A stretch of DNA of 64,000 nt from Azolla caroliniana (GCA_043228905.1 JBHGNT010000011.1:8246001-8310000); one strand, 5' to 3'. Counted from the first letter of the stretch, positions 1 through 11,260 are shown. Notes: generated from the letters alone by a model not told the origin. Translations and numbers: made by a program.

Positions 1-2
1 CA

Positions 3-542
3 ATGACAGGGAAATTGCGACATGTCACCACGACTGAACAAGGAAATTGGAGATATTGTCTAAACAAAGCATACATTCAGAATTGGGAGTATCACACTCT
101 GAATGATAAGGAAGTAGTTGATGGAGAAACATGGCAGAATGTTGACTTCACATATGAGGGACTTGGAGATACTTTGAGTGATGTCTTGAACATTGGGGAT
201 AACTTCGCTGTAAATGCTGAAAAAGGCAATTCAGAGGGTGCTGATTTCTATATATTGAAGTGCACGGTTAGTAAACAGTGTGCAAGGCAGAATATTGTAG
301 ATACATGGGGAAATTATGTATCTGCCGGGACATTCTACATCGAAGGCATTTTTTATACAAAACTAGATGACTACGAATATGTGTACAGGCTGTTAGAAGA
401 CAAACCAGCAGCGTACATGTACTCTCATTTGGTCAGGTGCATCAACGTCCCAATATCAGAATACAATAGTTGCTCAGGTTTATACACTGTTGGTGCTAAT
501 GTGTATGAATGTATTTACAATAGTATGCCATGGAATTTGTAG
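3..542 (+). CDS. C-terminal part of a probable DNA-transposon protein (possibly Sola2-like transposase); 5' part lies outside the window
   Basis: Open frame from the window edge to the stop at 542. The segment GDNFAVNAEKGNSEGADFYILKC resembles, from memory only, C-termini of transposon proteins of seed-free plants. No catalytic DDE residues are visible. Confidence 0.35.
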   Translation: MTGKLRHVTTTEQGNWRYCLNKAYIQNWEYHTLNDKEVVDGETWQNVDFTYEGLGDTLSDVLNIGDNFAVNAEKGNSEGADFYILKCTVSKQCARQNIVDTWGNYVSAGTFYIEGIFYTKLDDYEYVYRLLEDKPAAYMYSHLVRCINVPISEYNSCSGLYTVGANVYECIYNSMPWNL

Positions 543-982
543 CTACAAGTAGCACTTACCATGTTCTCTTGTAAAACAAACATGTATTTTACGAAAATAG
601 TTAAATAAATTCGTTTGAGAATCAATTTCTTGTATACAGTCTACTTTCTGTGCTTCTTTCTCAATAAAATCATGTCTTTTTTGTTAAGCTTTAAGTTATA
701 AGTTATAGCGAAATAGTCATCAGTAGCTAATTAGCTGTACAAATGCAGTTAATTAGTTGTCAATAGCTAAATAGTCATCAATAGCATGAAATCAACAATC
801 TGCAACATATTCCTCAAATTACACAGTAGATAAGTACAGTGGGAACAAGTAATTAAATTCTTCATTGAATAATGTCATCTCTTTACATATTTATAAATTA
901 CCACTGGAAATGTCTACAAATCTCCTATAAACAGCTAAGCTCTTGCTAGTCAATGGAACGAGTCTACATATATTATCGCATA

Positions 983-1984
983 TCAAGCTTGGTATGGAGT
1001 CCACAACCATGCACCTAGTTGGCAGCTCATTGTTTGCACCAGGTACTGTTCAGGCATTTCCTCGGGCAGAATGAGACAACATCTCCGAATATTGAAGTAG
1101 TGCCGGAAATGTTCAGTATCCAAAATCAATGTATTGTCGGCATTACATTCAGGCCAAGTAGCCCAAAAATCAGAAAGTCTCTTGAATCTTGCAGCTTCCA
1201 TTTGCTCACAATTTTCTCGTGCCCATTGACCTTTAAAACGACTTCGCCATTTTGGGAAGAATCTTGCTAAACACTTCCACACATCTGATTTTGGCTTTTC
1301 ACTCCAAATAAACAAATCAAAGTATTGCACAGCCCACTCTAGAAACTAGTTCGCGTCCCTCCATGGCTGCATATATCTCACACTCATCAAGACTTTATCA
1401 AGCTCTAAGATCAAGGCTCTTCTTTCGACTTCTAGTGGTTTAGGTTTCCATTCCTGAAACTGAGCCGCTGTTACACCATTTTCTAGTAGGATATGATCAA
1501 TTTCAATCAGCTCAGGTTCGGCCGACACAACTGGCGTCCTTTCCCTCTTCAAACCCCTAGTCGACTGTGTTGGGCCTGGCTTCACATTCTGGTGCTCTTG
1601 TTTTCTCGACTTAGTTATCAATCCTTGGATTACCTCGGTGCATGTAGCTACTGATCTGCTCGATATCAGTCCACTAGTATCACATGCTGCATCTACCTGC
1701 AACACCAAGTCATCCGTGCAACATGTTGCATCTACCTGCAACACCAAGTCACCCATGCAACATGCTTGATCAACTTGTGTGACCAGATCACTTGTGTCAG
1801 TTGCTACATCTACTTTTAAGATGGGGCCCTTTAAACATGCCGCAACATCAATAGTATCCACATTGCCATTGGCCTTACGAGCAATAGAATCAAACCCTTT
1901 AGACTCTGCAACATCAGAAAACACCAACATATTCACACTCACAAAGTAACTAACAGTCTCACAAAACAACATCTTGAACATCAA
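983..1984 (-). pseudogene. 3' exon(s) of accessory gene: FCP1/NIF-like (HAD-fold CTD phosphatase-like) domain, catalytically altered, one in-frame stop
   Basis: ORFs 1346-1984 and 983-1330 are in one frame, separated by a single TAG (…DAN*FLEWAVQYFDLFIWS). The motif order ALILELDKVL / FLEWAVQYFDLFIWS / WARENC / FKRLSDFW…NADNTLILD parallels the NIF consensus LVLDLDxTL / FLE..F+V.VWS / WDRxxC / KDL..W…NTLLIDD. Confidence 0.65.
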
Positions 1985-2154
1985 TGAGTTTCAGTCATAG
2001 AACAACACTCTTCAAATTATCTTGGAAAAACATCATAGAGTTCCATTACATAATGTGGATCAAGCAACAACCAATCTGAGGTTTTACTTGTCCAACAGGA
2101 TATTAAAACTTTATAAAACCCTAGCAAAATCCCTAAGCTAACAATCATATCCAA

Positions 2155-2690
2155 CTAAACAGTATTTCGCTCCACTACGTCTAGGCCCCTTGACTGAGTA
2201 ACTGGTCTTGTTCCCGATCGTGGCCCCTTCTTCAGCCTTTTTCTGGTCGGTTCCCCATTTAGCCTTGCTTCTTTCACCCAATGCGCAAGTGTGTCCTCCT
2301 CTGACAACCTTCCCATCGCATCAGCAGCTAATTGCACATCAGCCATTTCTTGAACTAGCTTTTCAAGTACAGAGGGATCTGTTTGGACATTTTCAGTAGT
2401 TGGGCTCGGTGGGGTGGAATCAAGGTCTTGAGATTCGAAGAAATGTTGCATCAAGTGTTCATAAACACTGTTGTTGTGAACCTCAGTTTTACATGTTGTT
2501 TCCACTATTTCATGGCATTTCACATTCTTGCCTAATTCAGTACATTGTTCCAAAAGAATAGGCTGGAGCTGATCTGAAGGAGATGTGATAGCAGGACTCT
2601 TACTTTCAGCCACGTTGGCAGCAGTATCCTCATCTGTTGTAGCGTCATCAGCACTAGACACATCATGTGTCGTCCTTAATCCACAAGATT
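2155..2690 (-). pseudogene. Middle exon of accessory gene (acidic, low-complexity, basic NLS-like RKRLKK)
   Basis: 168-aa ORF. The AG acceptor at 2691-2692 joins in frame (ACA G|AA TCT) to the GT donor at 4226. Confidence 0.5.
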
Positions 2691-2704
2691 CTACAATAAC
2701 ATGG

Positions 2705-4215
2705 CAGCTATTTAGGATAGCTAATTAGCTACTTTACTAAACTATGGTAGAAGCTAGGATAGCTAATTAGCTAGTACGATAGCTAATTAGGATAGCTAAT
2801 TAGCTAGTATGATAGCTAATTAGCTACGATAGCTAATTAGCTAGTATGATAGCTAATTAGCTACGATAGCTAATTAGCTACTTTACTCAACTATGGTAGT
2901 AGCTAGGATAGCTAATTAGCTACTATGGTAGCTAATTGGCTACTTTACTCAACTATGGTAGTAGCTAGGATAGCTAATTAGCTACTTTACTCAACTATGG
3001 TAGCAGCTAGGATAGCTAATTAGCTACTTTACTCAACTATGGTAGGAGCTAGGATAGCTAATTAGCTACTTTACTCAACTATGCTAGCAGCTAGGATAGC
3101 TAATTAGCTACTTCACTCAACTATGGTAGGAGCTAGGATAGCTAATTTGCTACTTTACTCAACTATGGTAGTAGCTAGGATAGCTAATTAGCTACTTTAC
3201 TCAACTATGGTAGAAGCTAGGATAGCTAATTAGCTACTTTACTCAACTATGGTAGTAGCTAGGATAGCTAATTAGCTACTTTACTCAACTATGGTAGTAG
3301 CTAAGATAGCTAATTAGCTACTTTACTAACTATGGTAGTAGCTAGGATAGCTAATTAGCTACTAGGATAGCTAATTAGCTACAATGATAACTAATTAGCT
3401 ACTTTCTCAACTATGTAGTAGCTAGGATAGCTAATTAGCTGCTAGTAGCTAATTAGCTACTAGGATAGCTTATTAGCTACTTTACACAACTATGGTAGTA
3501 GCTAATTAGCTACTAGCTACTAGGATAGCTAATTAGCTAGTAGGATAGCTAATTAGTTGCCAGTAGCTAATTAGCTAGTAGGATAGCTAATTAGCTTTTT
3601 TACACAACTATGGTACTAGCTAATTAGCTAGTACCATAGCTAATTAGCTACTAGGATAGCTAATTAGCTGCCAGTAGCTAATTAGCTACTTTACACAACT
3701 ATGGTAGTAGCTAATTAGCTACTAGCTAGTAGGATAGCTAATTAGCTACTAGGATAGCTAATTAGTTGCCAGTAGCTAATTAGCTAGTAGGATAGCTAAT
3801 TAGCTTTTTTACACAACTATGGTACTAGCTAATTAGCTAGTACCATAGCTAATTAGCTACTAGGATAGCTAATTAGCTAGTAGCTCATTAGCTGCCAGTA
3901 GCTAATTAGCTAGTAGGATAGCTAATTAGCTACTTTACACAACTATGGTGCTAGCTAATTAGCTAGTAGCTAACTAGCTGGCATTAGCTAATTAGTTGCC
4001 AGTAGGATAGCTAATTAACTAGTAGCTAACTAGCTGCCACTTAGCTAATTAACTACTATAGTAAACTATGGCAGTAGCTAATTAACTAATAGGATAGCTA
4101 TTAGCTGCTTTAATCAACTATGGTAGTAGCTAATTAGCTACAACGATAGTAGCAAAATAGTTTCCATACTTTTTACAGCTTAGCTAATTAGAAAAGACTA
4201 AGCTTATTAGCTACA
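2705..4215. repeat. Minisatellite built on the 14-bp palindrome TAGCTAATTAGCTA (about 42-bp higher-order unit)
   Basis: Dozens of copies of TAGCTAATTAGCTA; recurring unit ctttactcaactatggtagtagctaggatagctaattagcta. Confidence 0.95.
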
Positions 4216-4226
4216 TTATGGTATAC

Positions 4227-4566
4227 CTGTTAGTTTTATCCACTTATTTGGTAGAGCTGTATTGAAATCTCCCAAACAGAATGCAACAATTCAACAGGCA
4301 TGTTGAAAACAAAGCTGATGGTATGTGTGGTTGCATGGTTGTAGGTGAACCAACAAAGACGCAGTTTTGTCCTCCACACCTAACCCGCAAGCGATGCAAT
4401 GTGCTTGAACTGTCAATAAATCATTTTCTGGTTCTGCTTCATTTGGTAAGGGAGCAAGAATGTTCAGGTCCAAATCCTGTCTGGTCCTTACCATTCCCTC
4501 CACAAAATGTAGCTGCTTCTTAAGGCAGCTAACTACATGTTCTTGATGAATGTATTGTTCCTTCAA
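4227..4566 (-). pseudogene. RING-H2-like zinc finger exon of accessory gene (disrupted)
   Basis: CIAC-x17-CNHTYHQLC fits C-x2-C…C-x-H-x2-H-x2-C. It is followed by TGA at 4291-4293 and a degenerate last ligand pair; donor ACAG|GTATAC at 4227/4226. Confidence 0.6.
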
Positions 4567-4644
4567 CGCAACAGAGAAATTTACCGATTAATTATTCCTG
4601 TTGTTGAAAGATACACCAACTTTGCTCAGGAATCGTTAACTTAC

Positions 4645-5555
4645 TTGAAGCTTATCCAAATTGTAATCTGCAACAGTATTTACACCTAGAAGGTCGAAGT
4701 TCATTGAAAGAACTTGAATCTCTATTTGCAGTTGTATTTTACGTTGGGGATCCAGTGGCCCCTCTAATTCAAGCTCCTGTTGCGCAACCTATTCCAGATA
4801 ATGCTTGATTAGCACATTTTACCCTTAAAGTTATTTATAACACAATCACATACCAGCAAAACAATAGTTACCTGAATCTTATTTCTAATCGTTGTAACAG
4901 CGGAAGTAACTTTGCTCTCCATTGCAGAAGCCATTGTGGCTTCCTCTAAATCAGTCTTAAAAAATGCCAATGTCTCACAGGCTTCATGGACATTTTTTAG
5001 CATATAGCTAACCAATGTCTTACCTGTATCATCGACATTGGCTTTCCTTGGGTGTCGGTGTGGTGTATGCCCCCCCGGTCTTGCTGGGAGTCGACAGTTG
5101 CATCAACAGCTGCCATGCTCCAAAATCTGTCTATTTTTTGTGCCAAGGTCCCCATCTTTCGACATCTTTTTACCGATGCCTCACCATAGACTGCCCAAGC
5201 TACCCTATACATTTCAGGGTCTTTGGATTCCTTCACTATTTTGCAATACTCATATGCAAATGCTCTAGCAAATGAAATTGACAACTCATTGTTGACTGGG
5301 ATCTCCTGAAGAACTTTCTGGTGCAGCCTCATGCAGTCATCGTACAAGTCGGCTCGTACATGCTTCAGCTTGACCTTGCCTTTGACTGTAGGCACTGTAT
5401 ATACTGTCATCCAGTCTACATCACTGATCAATTTATCACTTAGGACAACAGGGTCAACATCCTCGAGTGACAGACCATAGGTGTTGTGGAAGTTCTCCTT
5501 TGTCTCGCAAAATTTTGTGAAGTTTAGCACTCTCGGATACGGAAGAACGAGCCAT
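4645..5555 (-). pseudogene. Upstream exons of the same accessory gene (unknown helical domain)
   Basis: ORFs 4997-5530 and 4809-5015 plus an open exon at 4776-4645 (ELELEGPLDPQRKIQ…DKLQ|GTAAGT). CAG acceptors at 5556-5558 and 4777-4779; donor CAG|GTAAC at 4872/4871. Confidence 0.45.
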
Positions 5556-6262
5556 CTGAAATATCATTTCAGAAATCAGAAATAGTGCAAAATCAGAATA
5601 TGTCAGAATCAGAAACCCCAATCAATAACAACAAAAATGGTGCAAAATCTTTAACTTAGCAAATCAAAAACCCTAATCAGAATTTGTATTCAGAAATTTG
5701 AAATCAGAAACCATAATCAAAATCTATAATCAAAAGTTTGAAATCAGAAACCCTAATCAAAATCTGTAATCAGAAGTTTGTAACTAGAAACCCTATTCAG
5801 AAATTCTAATAAAAAATTTATAATAAAAAACCCTAATCAGAAATTTCAATCAGAAATTTCAATCAGAAATTTCAATCAGAAATTTCAATCAGAAACCCTA
5901 ATCAGAAATTTCAATCACAAACCCTAATCAGAAATCCTAAACAAAAATTTATAAACAAAAACCCTATTAAGAAATTCTAATCAGAAATTCTAATCTGGAA
6001 TCAAAATATGTAACCAGAAACCCTATTCAGAAATTCTAATAAAAAATTTATAATCAAAAACCCTAATCAGAAATTGTTGGGAGACAGGTCCCTCCGGATG
6101 GGAAGGGAGGAGAACAGTGCTGTTGAGAACCAAATGAGGAGTACCCGGCTACGGAGAGCCGGATGGTGCAGATCCGGTGAGAACCGGATGAGGAGCACCC
6201 GGCTATGGAGAGCCAGATGGTGCAGACCCGGTGAGAACCGGATGAGGAGTACCTGGCTACGG

Positions 6263-6983
6263 TGTCGTGCCTTTCGGCTTCGGATCGTTGCATGAGTCGG
6301 GTGGGAACCGCCGAGGTTTTGGACTAGGAGAAATAAAAATACAAATAAGGCTAGTAAAGAATAGGTATAAAGAGTTATAAGATAAGAATCTCGTGAATCC
6401 CACGAGTTTAGTATATTTAGTCAATATTTAGGTAGTAAGAGAGAATTATTTTAGCAAATTCATGAATCCCACGAATATTTTAGATTGATTGATCATTATA
6501 GAAAAATAATCAACAAAAACTACAATGTGCTCCCCATCCTTATATAGTGATGGGAGAGACTAAGCATAGCTACATGCTTTTTCTCATATGTTCATGCACA
6601 CTAAATGTGCATGTGATGCTTTTCTAATCCTTGCTTTTATTTGCTAAATATAGTCCTCATGCACGCTAGATGTGCATGAGTCACTTTTTAGTTACTTGCG
6701 TTTTTCTATAAAATATTCACGCACTCTAAAAATGCATGATTTACCTTTTAATAAAGGTAGGCGCAAATAAAGCACTTATAGTTATTAAATCTATTTATAG
6801 AACACTAAAGATAAGGTAGCATAATGGTAAAGTTGAGGTTTGGCTACGTGGAGGTACAAGGTTCGAATCTTGCCCTATGCACGTGATAAGTATTTTGATA
6901 TTCTTATTTTATTTATTTATATGTAATTAAATCGTTTATATTATTTTTACTTTTTCACGTAGTGTACGAAATACACTACGACA
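6263..6983 (-). mobile_element. Solo LTR of the tRNA-Trp-primed, 4-bp-TSD family
   Basis: TGTCGT…ACGACA inverted termini; ACGG duplicated at 6259-6262 / 6984-6987 inside one 54-bp host repeat. Homologous to the LTRs at 44767, 47700 and 57111. Confidence 0.9.
6810..6880 (+). promoter_or_regulatory. tRNA-like Pol III internal promoter (A box + B box) embedded in LTR U3, antisense to the element
   Basis: A box TAGCATAATGG at 6817-6827, B box GGTTCGAATCT at 6860-6870, partial acceptor stem GATAAGG/CCCTATG, T-runs downstream. Same cassette at 44875-44928(-), 47808-47861(-) and 57728-57781(+). Confidence 0.65.
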
Positions 6984-8178
6984 ACGGAGAGCCGGATGGT
7001 GCAAACCCGGTGAGAACCGAATGAGGAGTACCCGGCTACGGAGAGCCGGATGGTGAAGACCCGGTGAGGAGTGCTCACCGGATAAAGAGACATATTCGTA
7101 AATATGTTTCTGAGAGTCCATAGAGGCTATATTTGTAAATAGCCGAAAAGTCATATTAGTATAAATATGACTTAGGGCAAACTTTTAGTTGTTGTTGTCG
7201 TTTTTGCTTTTGCACAAGAATATAGCGCGTAACAGTGTACAGAGAGGAAGAGGTCACTACCTCTGTTGTAACCGCCGCCTGTGGCGAAGATCGTGAGCAC
7301 GAGGTCGTTGCCTCCGTGAACTCACTGTTGTACATTCTAGCAGAGTGATAGTTTGCAGCCTGTGGGCTGCCGTGGTTTTTCCCTAGTTTGGGTTTTCCAC
7401 GTAAACATCCGGTGTACTCTTCTCTTCTTTGTGTCGTGCGTTTCATTTCCCGTTTTCTGTGTATGATTCTAAGCTCGGTTGTGGCCGAGCGTTGCGTATA
7501 GGGAGCGTGTAGTTCCCGTCAGAAATTTCAATCAGAAACCCTAATAAAAAATTTCAATCACAAACCCTAATCAAAAATTCTAATCAGAAATTTATAAACA
7601 AAAATCCTAATCAGAAATTTCAATCAGAAACCCCAATCATCACTAAAGACAGGATTAAACAAAAAAAAAGTAATATAAACACACCTGCTGCTACTCCCCG
7701 ATCTGCGAGACATCCTTGTATGGAACTCCAAGGACTTCACCCTATTCGATTTTGGGGAAATATGAATCGGCACCAAAGTTCAAACAGTAGTCAAAAAGAA
7801 TAAACAAATGTTTGGGGTTTCTGTAAATGAAACATACCTGGACGATGATCGAGCGGGTTCTGTGTTGTAGCTCTCAATCTGCAATGTCGATTTTTTGCTG
7901 TTGCGGGAGCTATGTCTGCGTTCGTGCTCTGAGTACTCCATCTGCGTTCAAAATCAAACTTAGGCTAAACAGGAAATTGATGACATTGAAGTTGACCTTA
8001 GATGATGGTGCTATTCCCCAAGATCCACTATGTCTGAAACAGAAGTTCAAATATTTGAGTTTTTTCATAAATTAGTTTTTCAAATATTTGATTTTCCCAC
8101 AAAAAAGACTAGCTAAACAAATAGCTAATTAGCTATGGCCATTTTAGTAGCTAATTAGCTATAATAGTGTTTCCACTC

Positions 8179-8940
8179 GCATGCTTTTACCCTTCTGTTA
8201 TTGTGTTCATTGTACCATCCTCCACTTCAAGTACCCCAAAATACGAGGTTCTTACTTGCCTTTCGTCCACAAATGTAGCATAAAGGATCAAGTTCTTGGT
8301 TACGCTTACATCGATAGCTTCATCTACCATAAGTTCAAACCAAGGACTTGTCCTCAACCTATCATAAATCTCGACTTCATAAGCCTTGCTAATGTGCAAG
8401 ATAAAGCTTGCACAAGCCTTATTATCGTTATACATTCGTGGAAGGCCTTCCACACTACATTCTCTTAACAATCGTAAGGGGCTTTCAAATTTTCTAAATA
8501 CCAAATCCTCTTTACCTATAAAATATGCACATTTTAACCATTTTTCAATAACTACATCCACATTAGCTTTTTTCTTTGATGCACATTTTTCAAGACCATT
8601 CTTGTCTTATTCTTGTAACAAAATGACATCTCGATGGGCCACACTTCTTTCATGTTCTTCTAATGTAGAAGTCTTAAAGTTTTTCGCACCTGTTTTGCCA
8701 AATGAAGACTTACAAAGAGGATCTCTCCTATAATAACTACACCATAAAAGACCAATTTCCAAATCTTTTTGAAGCCACTTTAATTTAGTAGGCCAATATT
8801 CTTGAAGTTTTAGTTTGGCCTTACTAATTCTATTCATCTCATGAAGCAACTCTTGAGAGTCTTGATGGTCCTTTATAGGCTCTTCTAGAGACACATCGTC
8901 ATTGGAATATGACAAATTTTTCCTAAAACTAGGCATTGTA
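8179..8940 (-). pseudogene. hAT transposase remnant, ZNF862-like (TTF zinc finger + start of DDE core), 3'-truncated
   Basis: WPTKLKWL…LWCSYYR…FGKTGAKNFKTSTLEEHERSVAH (ZnF_TTF-like) and WFELMVDEAIDVSVTKNLILYATFV (first catalytic D region); stops between the ORFs. Confidence 0.8.
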
Positions 8941-10369
8941 AAGAGGTTGATTTGCTTTCCTTTGCTTTCCGTATTTTTGTTGTGGGACATACTGTAACAA
9001 TAATGTAAAGTAAGTTGGACTAGCATAATCCATGGATTCCATTTACAAGAAGGGAAAAAATACATACACAATCCATGTTTTCCAAAGAGAATAAACAAAT
9101 TGAAATACCTGGGATATATGGAAGATTACGAGGCCATAAAGGATCAAGTTGCCACTATAGATCTTCCAATCTATCAAAAAGTAAAGAAGAAAGAGGATGG
9201 TTCACGACTTCACATTAGCTTACACACACATGCAAATCCATGTATGTAAATGTGAAATAAATTGAGGGAACAAATATATTCCAAACAATATTGAAGGAAA
9301 AGATCAAGAGAAAAAAAGTAGTGTATATATTAAAACAAGAGGACAATACAAATGCAAAGTAATAATGCTCGTCGAGGTTTCATGAACCCATAAATATTTG
9401 AGTTTGAGCTCACAAGATGTAATAGAACATAAAATTGATTGAATATAATATGTTTACCAAGAAACAAATGATAAAAAATATCACTTTTTGGAGTTAAGGG
9501 ATGTGTGCAAGTTGGGAAAGGAATCTTGGAGTTAAATTTACTAGTATAAAACATTTCACAATTTAAATCATCCATGAAAGATAAATAAGAGTGTTAAATG
9601 ACTAGACTTTCAACGATCCTTTTCAAAGTTGTAGCATTCTCTACTGGGTACCAAAATCAGCTCTCAACTTCACATTTTACAAAATTGGTGTATATATTAA
9701 AACAAGATGACAATACAAATGCAAGGTAATAATGCAATATACATGCCTCCTGGTGATTTATTTTTGTCTATTCTCATCATCTTTTTGTGGTTTTTTTGTG
9801 CTAAGATAATTTGTTGTACATAATTCCCTCCCATTTTCAACCTATCCTCCACTACATGTGTTTTCATCTCAAATTGGTCGATTCATCTAGTTATATTATA
9901 ATAAGCAAATAGTATTTCAGATTCATCTAATTTGTTTGTCATAGCAGCCCCTTGATGATGAAGAAGAAGAGCAAATCTCTTTGTACGCTTAGTTCCCTTA
10001 CATCTTCACAAGTTCATGTTCACCCACTAAAAAGAAGCACGAAGATTCAACCCTCTTCTCCAATGCACATACTTTGTGATGATCCCACATCCTTGCCTTA
10101 CAATGTTGAGGAGACGTTTAAGAAGTGATCAAATCACTTGATAATTGAAAATGCCATATAGGAATGTATTGTTACATTTTATGAATGATCTTAAGCTCTT
10201 ATTATCATCAAAGAACATACATGGAGCCAACACTTATTAATATGAATATTCTAGAGTAAAAACATACAATCTAGAAGGAAAATACACAAGGTAATGACAA
10301 GCTCACATAATTCTAAAATGGATTGAGGGTACAAGACCCTAATTCTAAAAATTGTGCACTCACCCCACA

Positions 10370-10790
10370 ATAGAGAGCAGCGAGTCACGAGTAATGAATA
10401 ACTCCCAGTGAGCGGCGATGAACAAGTAATGAATGATGAGCGGCAAGTGACGAGCAGCAAGCAGGGAACAATCAGCAAGTGACGTGCGACAATTAGTGAG
10501 TGACAATCAGCTAGCGACGAGCGGCAATTAACGAGTGACGAGCAGCAACCAACGAGTAGCATTTAGTGAGTGACGAGCAACAATCAACGATCAATTAGCA
10601 ACAATCAATGAGCGGCGATCAAGAGTCATAAGCAGCGATAAGTGGGTAGTGAGTAGTGAACAATGAACAGGTAGTAATGACCAACGAATAATAAGCAGCT
10701 GCTAGCGAACACTAAGGAAGGAGGAGCGAGCAACGAGCAATGAGGAGGGAGCAGCAAGCAGCGAGTCGCAAGTAGGAAATCAGACGATAG
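10370..10790. repeat. Degenerate short (about 7-bp) tandem repeats (gacgagc/gcagcaa-type)
   Basis: Recurrent gtgacgagcagcaa and gagcggc units; possibly subterminal repeats of the hAT element. Confidence 0.55.
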
Positions 10791-10990
10791 AAAGAAAGAA
10801 AGATATATTAACATCTTCTAAGGCCAAAATTGGCCCATGAGACAATTGGTTTACAACAAAATGAGTATTTATCCAATCATCATAACTAAAATAAAATAAA
10901 GTAAAACTAGAACTTAAGCTAAAAGAGTTCTAGTAGTGTACAAAATGTGGTATACTCAATAAAGGAAGTGACTTTACACTAAGCCTAATT

Positions 10991-11260
10991 TTATTTCCAC
11001 CCAATCCTCTCAAAAAGAAGTGGGCGGTCAAAGGGTTTTGGTGTGGATGTGACCCGTGGTCCCAATGTGGAGAGTTCCCTAGCCATGGCTTCTGGGTGGT
11101 GTAGCTCACGTTCCCTTATTTTCATTATTGCTTCTACACCACGTCGAGTTTCTTTGAAACCCGGCACCCGAGGACGTCTGGTTCTTCTTTGGTTTTCCGC
11201 CTCATCAAGGGAAAGGCCGAGTGGTGCAGGTGTGTCGACATTCGTTGTCTCCCCCTGTCC
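10991..11260 (-). other. Candidate terminal coding exon of an unidentified gene
   Basis: A pyrimidine-rich acceptor tttttcag (11261-11268) is followed by 89 sense codons (GQGETTNVDTP…FERIGWK) and TAA; GC-richer than its flanks. Confidence 0.3.

Larger units (their letters stand above)
6075..7521 (+). mobile_element. Ty1/copia-type solo LTR with four 54-bp U3 tandem repeats, carrying a nested solo LTR
   Basis: TGTTGG…CCGTCA termini and 5-bp TSD GAAAT (6070-6074 / 7522-7526). Similar to the LTRs at 19562 and 29337 (gtccctccggatgg, gaggctatatttgtaaatagcc, gggttttccacgtaaacatcc). Confidence 0.88.
5570..7640. repeat. Degenerate AAACCCTAATCAG / AAATTTCAATCAG tandem array (telobox-containing), split by the solo LTR at 6075-7521
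   Basis: Repeated aaaccctaatcag and aaatttcaatcag units at 5570-6074 and 7522-7640. Confidence 0.85.
1..8178. mobile_element. Right portion of a putative DNA transposon (transposase-like ORF on +, convergent accessory gene on -)
   Basis: The TAGCTAATTAGCTA palindrome occurs at about 725-737, throughout 2705-4215 and twice at about 8120-8160. Just after it, at ...GTGTTTCCACTC (8178; 5'-GAGTGGAAACAC on -), the sequence switches to a truncated hAT transposase. The other terminus is not in the window. Confidence 0.4.

Noticed and set aside
2705-4215. CRISPR-like array
   Set aside because: The intervening sequences are themselves repeated rather than unique spacers; no cas genes; eukaryotic context.
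6810-6880. Functional tRNA gene
   Set aside because: The anticodon arm does not fold or stay conserved between copies and the acceptor stem is only partial, so it is reported as a tRNA-like promoter instead.
10251-10814. Hydrophobic Leu/Cys-rich ORFs
   Set aside because: Artefact of the degenerate 7-bp repeats.
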